A stretch of DNA of 64,000 nucleotides from an uncultured virus (IMG/VR IMGVR_UViG_3300009529_000008) (taxonomy: Duplodnaviria > Heunggongvirae > Uroviricota > Caudoviricetes): IMG/VR virus record IMGVR_UViG_3300009529_000008. The stretch is one strand, 5' to 3'. The notes under the pieces are model-generated. The model saw only the letters and a list, made by a program, of their open reading frames with translations, ran no database searches and had not been told where the DNA came from. This document shows positions 59,147-64,000 of the stretch, piece after piece. Positions within the stretch are counted from its first letter, which is position 1; the number at the start of each line of letters is the position of its first letter. Made by a program: the position numbers and the translations under genes.

Positions 59147-59187
59147 AAGGTGACAAAAAAAAAAAAAGGAGGTGAAAAAAAACAAAA

Positions 59188-59697
59188 ATGAAAAACAAAA
59201 TATTAGTAGCAGGATTGATAGTAGCAATGGTGTTAGGAGCAGTAGGCAGCGCAGCGGCAGTATATGATGCGAGTACCCCATGGACAGGAACGGTAAAGTG
59301 GATAGTACCGAGTGATACGGCATTCTCAATAACTTTCGCAGGTGGAGAAAGTACGATAGATTTCGATAATAACCTGACATCGCAAACACAAAGTGGAGTC
59401 CAACCTGATTCGCAGAACAACGCAACAAGCACGCCAATAATAACAATAACAAATGATGGTAATCTCAACCTAAATTTCACGTGCAACTTAACTGCAACGA
59501 AACCCGATTGGGCAGTTATTAAACAAAACAATGAAACATCTTATACCGGGGCAACGACTTTCGATACAACCGCAGTTGTAGTTAATGCAAGTGTACCTGC
59601 ATCACAAAGCACCAGTATGTATATCTGGACAGATGTAACAAGTGCTCCTGCTGGAACTACCGAAAGAACATTGCAGATAAATTCGGCACAGGTTTAG
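59188..59697 (+). CDS. Secreted beta-sandwich protein, candidate filament/tail subunit
   Basis: GGAGGTGA SD, signal peptide, ITNDGN.NL; homologous to the split C-terminus of 55463. Confidence 0.65.
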   Translation: MKNKILVAGLIVAMVLGAVGSAAAVYDASTPWTGTVKWIVPSDTAFSITFAGGESTIDFDNNLTSQTQSGVQPDSQNNATSTPIITITNDGNLNLNFTCNLTATKPDWAVIKQNNETSYTGATTFDTTAVVVNASVPASQSTSMYIWTDVTSAPAGTTERTLQINSAQV

Positions 59698-59720
59698 AAG
59701 TAGAGGAGGAAGAAGACAAA

Positions 59721-60527
59721 ATGCAAAAAGGAATTGTATTAGTCGCTATAATTATAGCGATAGGAATAAGCATAATTGGAGCGAGTAGCATCTTGTATTT
59801 CTGTTCTCCTTCTCCTACTTCTAATCATATAGACTATATGAGTGAATTGCCAGAGAAACCCAGTGATTTTTATGTTGTTACAAGAGAAATACAATCGCAC
59901 TATATAAATCTTTGTGAACTCGATGGTTCTTATTATTTACAACCCGAATTCTATGTACAGAGTTGGGAAAGAGGAAAACATTATTACGATTCCCACGATT
60001 ATTCTCGGTGGGGCGTTCACGGTCACGGTGCTTATCCGGGAAACCCGCAAATATATTTCAACAATACTACACCAAACTCATGGATTTCGTTCTGCGTGTT
60101 CTACCGTACTGGTTGGAATATAGAAACATGGCAAGGGCTTAAACTAATAGCAGAAGAAAACGAGTATTTTGATGTGTACATAGAACCTGATGAATTTCTG
60201 TTAGAACCCACTTTCCCTGTTTTCAAAGAAGGATGGGCAAAGAAGTTAAAAATTACAGTGCTCATAAAGAAAACACCACCTAAAGGCACTTACAAAATTG
60301 CCATAAATGCTATTAATCCATCCGAAGAAAAAGCTAAAGGATGGTTCTGGGAAGTTCTCAAACAGGAAACACAGACAAAAGAAGAGTTAGCAATGATAGA
60401 GCAGTGCGAACAACAAGGTATGTCCGTGCAATGCAAGGAATGGATTGAAACAGACAGAAAAAACAAATATGTGGATGCTGGGTTTATACAAGTAGGAAAT
60501 AGACTATTGTTGGAAATAAATGTATGA
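59721..60527 (+). CDS. Membrane-anchored secreted protein with an Ig-like segment
   Basis: N-terminal TM; P.GTY.I.I. Confidence 0.6.
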   Translation: MQKGIVLVAIIIAIGISIIGASSILYFCSPSPTSNHIDYMSELPEKPSDFYVVTREIQSHYINLCELDGSYYLQPEFYVQSWERGKHYYDSHDYSRWGVHGHGAYPGNPQIYFNNTTPNSWISFCVFYRTGWNIETWQGLKLIAEENEYFDVYIEPDEFLLEPTFPVFKEGWAKKLKITVLIKKTPPKGTYKIAINAINPSEEKAKGWFWEVLKQETQTKEELAMIEQCEQQGMSVQCKEWIETDRKNKYVDAGFIQVGNRLLLEINV

Positions 60528-61564
60528 ACAAAAATATTATTCGAGGAATATTTGCAGTTGCTTTGGTTGTTTGTTTTCTAATACAACCAATAGGGGGTGA
60601 TTACGACAAATACAATGTAAACTGGCGATTACCGTACAATATCACAGGTTATGTTCTGCACATCAATGGCACAGGAATAGAAAATGCTTATGTCCAGAAT
60701 AATGTTACTACTGAAACAAATTATTCTAGTATATCGGGTTATTATATCCTATCTGGAATAGAAGACAACTCAGTTTTGGTCACCACGAGTAAAACGGGTT
60801 ATATAACTAATTCGATAACCGTTAATGCAGATGGCAATTTAACATTATACAATCAAAACATAACACTTTCAGAGATGGTGTATGCACCAAACATAACATC
60901 ATGGTGGAATAATTACACTTCTGATAATTCTACCAATTTCACCATTCCCCACGAGGACGAAAACAACCGCACGGTATTTTTTAATGTCACTGCTGACCAG
61001 GAAATAGATTATTGGGTATGGTACGTAGATGGTGAACTTTATCAAAATTCTTCTTCCGATAATATCACAAAAACATGGGACGAAGGAGGTGACAAAACCG
61101 TAAGTATTTATGGTATCAACGCAAACGGGCAAACAAATACATTAACATGGAATATTGAAATAGAGTTTACAAGTTACGAATACGAAAAGCTTATATATGA
61201 ACAGAACTTATTATTATTGGAGGAAAATGAAATGATAGGACAAACTATGTTATTTGCGATACTTCTTATTATCGCTTTTGTATCCTTAGCGGTTGGCTAT
61301 CTCTCACCAAATTCTCAATTTAAGATTTTCGGTGCCGCATTCTCATCGCTTTTATTTATCATTTTAGCGTATGCAATTATAGGCAATCAATTCGGTGAGA
61401 AATTGCAGATGGCATGGCTCGCTACACTTTTAGTTGCATTAGGTATTGTTCAGACAATTTATACATTATTAACAGTTATCAGCTTATTATATATGATGTT
61501 TGTATCGAAAGGGCAAGCGGGGATGAATAATATACCCTTTGACCCGTACGATGGAAAGTGGTAA
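60524..61564 (+). CDS. Secreted glycoprotein (carboxypeptidase-regulatory-like plus PKD-like) with 3 C-terminal TM
   Basis: ITGYV...G..IENA.V...GYY.L; W.WYVDG; TM helices. Confidence 0.7.
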   Translation: MNKNIIRGIFAVALVVCFLIQPIGGDYDKYNVNWRLPYNITGYVLHINGTGIENAYVQNNVTTETNYSSISGYYILSGIEDNSVLVTTSKTGYITNSITVNADGNLTLYNQNITLSEMVYAPNITSWWNNYTSDNSTNFTIPHEDENNRTVFFNVTADQEIDYWVWYVDGELYQNSSSDNITKTWDEGGDKTVSIYGINANGQTNTLTWNIEIEFTSYEYEKLIYEQNLLLLEENEMIGQTMLFAILLIIAFVSLAVGYLSPNSQFKIFGAAFSSLLFIILAYAIIGNQFGEKLQMAWLATLLVALGIVQTIYTLLTVISLLYMMFVSKGQAGMNNIPFDPYDGKW

Positions 61565-61879
61565 TTACCTTCTTTTCTCTTCAGTAAAGCAATCCACCCC
61601 ACGAACAACCAAAACTTGCCATGGTTTCATATCACATTCTTTAATAAGATAATTATTGTTATAAAATTTTACATGAATACCAAACCGCATAAAACATGTA
61701 TGAACAAAAAAATTTGTTGGTTTTTTGAATGTAAATACTAATTTACCATCAAAATTTCTCTTAAACATTAATCCCAGTGTTCTTTTTAGAAATGTGTTCG
61801 CATATTCTATTTTGTATCTCTCAAACATGCCTTGTGGTGCAACATTCTCCATGTCTACAATGAATTGTATGGGTATCAT
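61565..61879 (-). CDS. DUF192 (COG1430) family protein
   Basis: A.TF..R..GLMF....G.LVF......VHT.FMRF.I. Confidence 0.75.
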   Translation of the reverse strand: MIPIQFIVDMENVAPQGMFERYKIEYANTFLKRTLGLMFKRNFDGKLVFTFKKPTNFFVHTCFMRFGIHVKFYNNNYLIKECDMKPWQVLVVRGVDCFTEEKRR

Positions 61880-61899
61880 GCTTTCATTCGCTTATCGGG

Positions 61900-61940
61900 T
61901 TTAAAAAAATAAAAAAGAGAGGTAAAAAGAAATCCTCTCA
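61900..61940 (-). terminator. Hairpin plus T-tract after the putative capsid gene
   Basis: Minus strand GAGAGG-N11-CCTCTC followed by TTTTTTATTTTTTT. Confidence 0.6.
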
Positions 61941-61972
61941 ATGTTTTCTATTTGTTTTTTTGTGGCGTTTGC

Positions 61973-62308
61973 TTACTCACCACCTTTGCGTGAGAACATC
62001 ATGAACAGCATCGGAAGTACGATTGCCATTATTCCCATCAGTGCGACTAACTTGTACATACTGAATCCCAATGCCACACCGCCTACTACATTGTAGTAAG
62101 ATTCGTTCCACTTACTGTCGTTCGCTATCGTGATGACCTTATCAGTTTCACCTACGAGCATCATCATCACTGATCCAATTACCGCTGCCAGACCGAACAG
62201 GATTATCACGTACACTATCGGATGATCCATGAAACCTCCGCCTATCTGTCCTTTCTTGTCCCTTTTTATCTTCCTCGCGTCTGTTAAAATTTCGTGTAGT
62301 TTACTCAT
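61973..62308 (-). CDS. Putative major capsid protein of a spindle-shaped virus (two hydrophobic helices) with class III-like leader KKG/Q
   Basis: Basic leader, KKGQ, helix 1, short N-x-S loop, helix 2, basic tail; GGAGGTGA SD; strong terminator. Confidence 0.6.
   Translation of the reverse strand: MSKLHEILTDARKIKRDKKGQIGGGFMDHPIVYVIILFGLAAVIGSVMMMLVGETDKVITIANDSKWNESYYNVVGGVALGFSMYKLVALMGIMAIVLPMLFMMFSRKGGE
61989..62077. repeat. 89-bp perfect direct repeat, copy 1 (copy 2 at 62650-62738)
   Basis: Base-by-base identical; encodes VALGFSMYKLVALMGIMAIVLPMLFMMFS(R). Confidence 0.95.
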
Positions 62309-62317
62309 TTTTCTTTT

Positions 62318-62584
62318 TCACCTCCCTCGCATTTTCATTGCAGCAAACATCAATGATAAAAATCCGAACATCGCCGCCAATATAAGAAATATTGTTGCTC
62401 CAGAAAGCATTGTAAAGCTTGTTTGTGTCATACCAACCGTTAGGGTGTATGTTTCGTTCAATCCAGATTCGTTAAGCGATGTTTGATTAATATTTTGGTC
62501 TATTGATGTTATACCACTCATTGCTGCAAAGCTTAAGATACCCACTGCTACAAAAAGCATCAGGATACCTAATATTTTTATCAT
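62318..62584 (-). CDS. Two-TM capsid-like protein without a leader
   Basis: Helix, glycosylatable loop, helix, basic tail. Confidence 0.55.
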   Translation of the reverse strand: MIKILGILMLFVAVGILSFAAMSGITSIDQNINQTSLNESGLNETYTLTVGMTQTSFTMLSGATIFLILAAMFGFLSLMFAAMKMRGR

Positions 62585-62633
62585 TTCTCTTCTCTCCGTT
62601 CGAGTAATTGTTTCTCTTTTGTTTGGTTATGTA

Positions 62634-63161
62634 CTACTCTTCCCTGCGTCGTGAGAACATCATGAACAGCATCGGAAGTACGATTGCCATTATTCCCATC
62701 AGTGCGACTAACTTGTACATACTGAATCCCAATGCCACGCCACTGACGATATTGAGATAGCTTCCGTTCCACTTATTCTCATCGTATTTGTAGTCCACAC
62801 CATAAGTTCCGTTAGTCCATGCAGTTATGTTCATCAATACATTATCACTTATATTATAGTGCGTGTCTTTCGTAAGTATCGTTCCTGGTGTACTAACATT
62901 GTACACACTTTCACTGTCGCCTTCTACATTTGCATGAGCAAGAGTATTTGTGTATGTATCTGAATTGTTTGTCCAGAACACCCATGACTCATTAGTTACT
63001 GAAGGTGTATCTAAGTTTGGTGCCACTACTTTATCTGTCTCGCCGACTATCATCATCATCACTGAGCCGATTATTGCTGCAAGCCCGAAGAGAATTATGA
63101 CATACACAATGGGATGGTCTAAAAACCCCCCGCCTGCTTGTCCTCGCTTGTCTCTAATCAC
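62634..63161 (-). CDS. Paralog of the putative capsid protein with a ~80-aa beta-rich loop insertion; leader KRG/Q
   Basis: Near-identical helices to 61973; likely GTG start (MIRDKRGQ). Confidence 0.6.
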   Translation of the reverse strand: MIRDKRGQAGGGFLDHPIVYVIILFGLAAIIGSVMMMIVGETDKVVAPNLDTPSVTNESWVFWTNNSDTYTNTLAHANVEGDSESVYNVSTPGTILTKDTHYNISDNVLMNITAWTNGTYGVDYKYDENKWNGSYLNIVSGVALGFSMYKLVALMGIMAIVLPMLFMMFSRRREE

Positions 63162-63277
63162 TCGAAAATTTGACTTATTTCTCTCTTTTCTAATCAATGT
63201 TTCACTCCATAGCTTAAGATGCTCGGCTCGCTCTCTCGGCAAACAAAACACCACTAAAAAACTACATTATTTTCGTA

Positions 63278-63760
63278 CTATATAAAGCTTTCGATTATTA
63301 GAACTACAATCCACCCAATTGTTATGTGAGGTAAGAATGGTATTCCTCCTTTCTTTCGAGTAAATATAGTATATAATGCTCCTGATAATGAACTAAAAAA
63401 CAAAATATTTAACGCTGTTATAGGAAAAGGCAGGAGGGGGAAGCAAAACGAAGAAGGGAAAGAGGGCAATGAGGTTGGATTGATAAAATAAGGATAGAGA
63501 ATACTTAAACACAACATTGCTTTAACATCAGCACCAGCGAACCACTCGAAACGATAGAAGGCAAACATTATAATTGACATCATGATAATAGAACAGAGTA
63601 ACGGAACAAAAACAAAATCTGTGATAAGAAACACCAACCCGACAATAATTAAAAAACTCCACACCTTATTACTTACTTCACCTCTTCTTATATCACTATA
63701 AGAAGCGTAAACTAAGCATATTGCTACAATAATGATTTTAATGAATTCTAAATCAAACAT
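63278..63760 (-). CDS. A24-family prepilin/preflagellin peptidase (PibD/FlaK-like)
   Basis: ASYSDI....VSN.VW (Asp1), AGADVK (Asp2), IPFLP.I..G; multi-TM. Confidence 0.9.
   Translation of the reverse strand: MFDLEFIKIIIVAICLVYASYSDIRRGEVSNKVWSFLIIVGLVFLITDFVFVPLLCSIIMMSIIMFAFYRFEWFAGADVKAMLCLSILYPYFINPTSLPSFPSSFCFPLLPFPITALNILFFSSLSGALYTIFTRKKGGIPFLPHITIGWIVVLIIESFI
63279..63295 (-). promoter_or_regulatory. BRE/TATA promoter, ATCGAAAG-N-TTTATATA class, upstream of the capsid-like genes
   Basis: ATCGAAAGCTTTATATA on the minus strand. Confidence 0.7.
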
Positions 63761-63795
63761 TGGTTTTATTTGTATAATTTCTCATTATTGAATCA

Positions 63796-64000
63796 TCAGC
63801 CACGGGCAATGAGACCTCGTGCTTCAGCACGGGAAGGAATTGCTCTTTTCACCTCCTGTATTTTTCCTCTTGCATGTTCCAATAACTTCAACTTCTTGCA
63901 GTTTACTGACGCTCCTATCTGGTTCCTCTCTATATCTCGCAAATCAAAGTAACCACTACTTCTTAATCCAAATATGAACCCTTTTACTTTTCCAAATAGC
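63796..64000 (-). CDS. iscB: C-terminus of a third IscB (element runs off the window), followed by ATGA
   Basis: Minus strand reads GFIFGLRSSGYFDL...SVNCKKL.LLE.ARG.I.E.KRAIP, matching the C-terminus of IscB 1; end hairpin CCCGTGCTGAAGCACGAGG. Confidence 0.85.
   Translation of the reverse strand, partial: LFGKVKGFIFGLRSSGYFDLRDIERNQIGASVNCKKLKLLEHARGKIQEVKRAIPSRAEARGLIARG

Noticed and set aside
1..64000. Head-tail virus, conjugative plasmid or cellular chromosome
   Set aside because: No terminase, portal, HK97 capsid, VirB4/relaxase or housekeeping genes recognised; not fully excluded because the element extends beyond the window

Overview
This AT-rich, densely coding window looks like a large part of an archaeal dsDNA virus genome. 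It is probably euryarchaeal, given BRE/TATA promoters, GGAGGTGA Shine-Dalgarno sites and archaeal-type replication genes. No terminase, portal, HK97 or jelly-roll capsid, integrase, tRNA or CRISPR array was recognised. Layout: (1) 0.2-26.7 kb is a replication/recombination block with RFC small subunit (carrying a NUMOD3/HNH intein), RFC large-like ATPase, Cas4/RecB-like nuclease, probable RPA, Rad52-like annealing protein, AEP primase, family B polymerase, PCNA, DinG/XPD helicase and an AT-rich candidate origin. (2) 26.7-41.2 kb is an array of about 25 small K/R-rich genes, including one paralogous family, followed by an ADP-ribosyltransferase-like gene, a nucleotidyltransferase, and a 1476-aa protein with two more nucleotidyltransferase domains. 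(3) 43.5-63.8 kb is a virion/surface module of secreted and membrane glycoproteins. It ends in two paralogous two-helix hydrophobic proteins with class III (type IV pilin-like) leaders, resembling spindle-shaped-virus capsid proteins, beside a virus-encoded A24 prepilin peptidase and a DUF192 gene. Six RNA-guided nuclease elements (3 TnpB, 3 IscB, one cut by the window edge) lie in the right half, none with an intact transposase in the window. Best candidates for new biology are prepilin-peptidase maturation of a putative spindle-virus capsid, a possible virion-packaged basic-protein/NTase/ART cargo system sharing a promoter motif with the capsid genes, and IscB omega-RNA scaffolds that appear to be protein-coding. 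All calls come from motif reading by eye; no database or HMM search was run and novelty is unverified.
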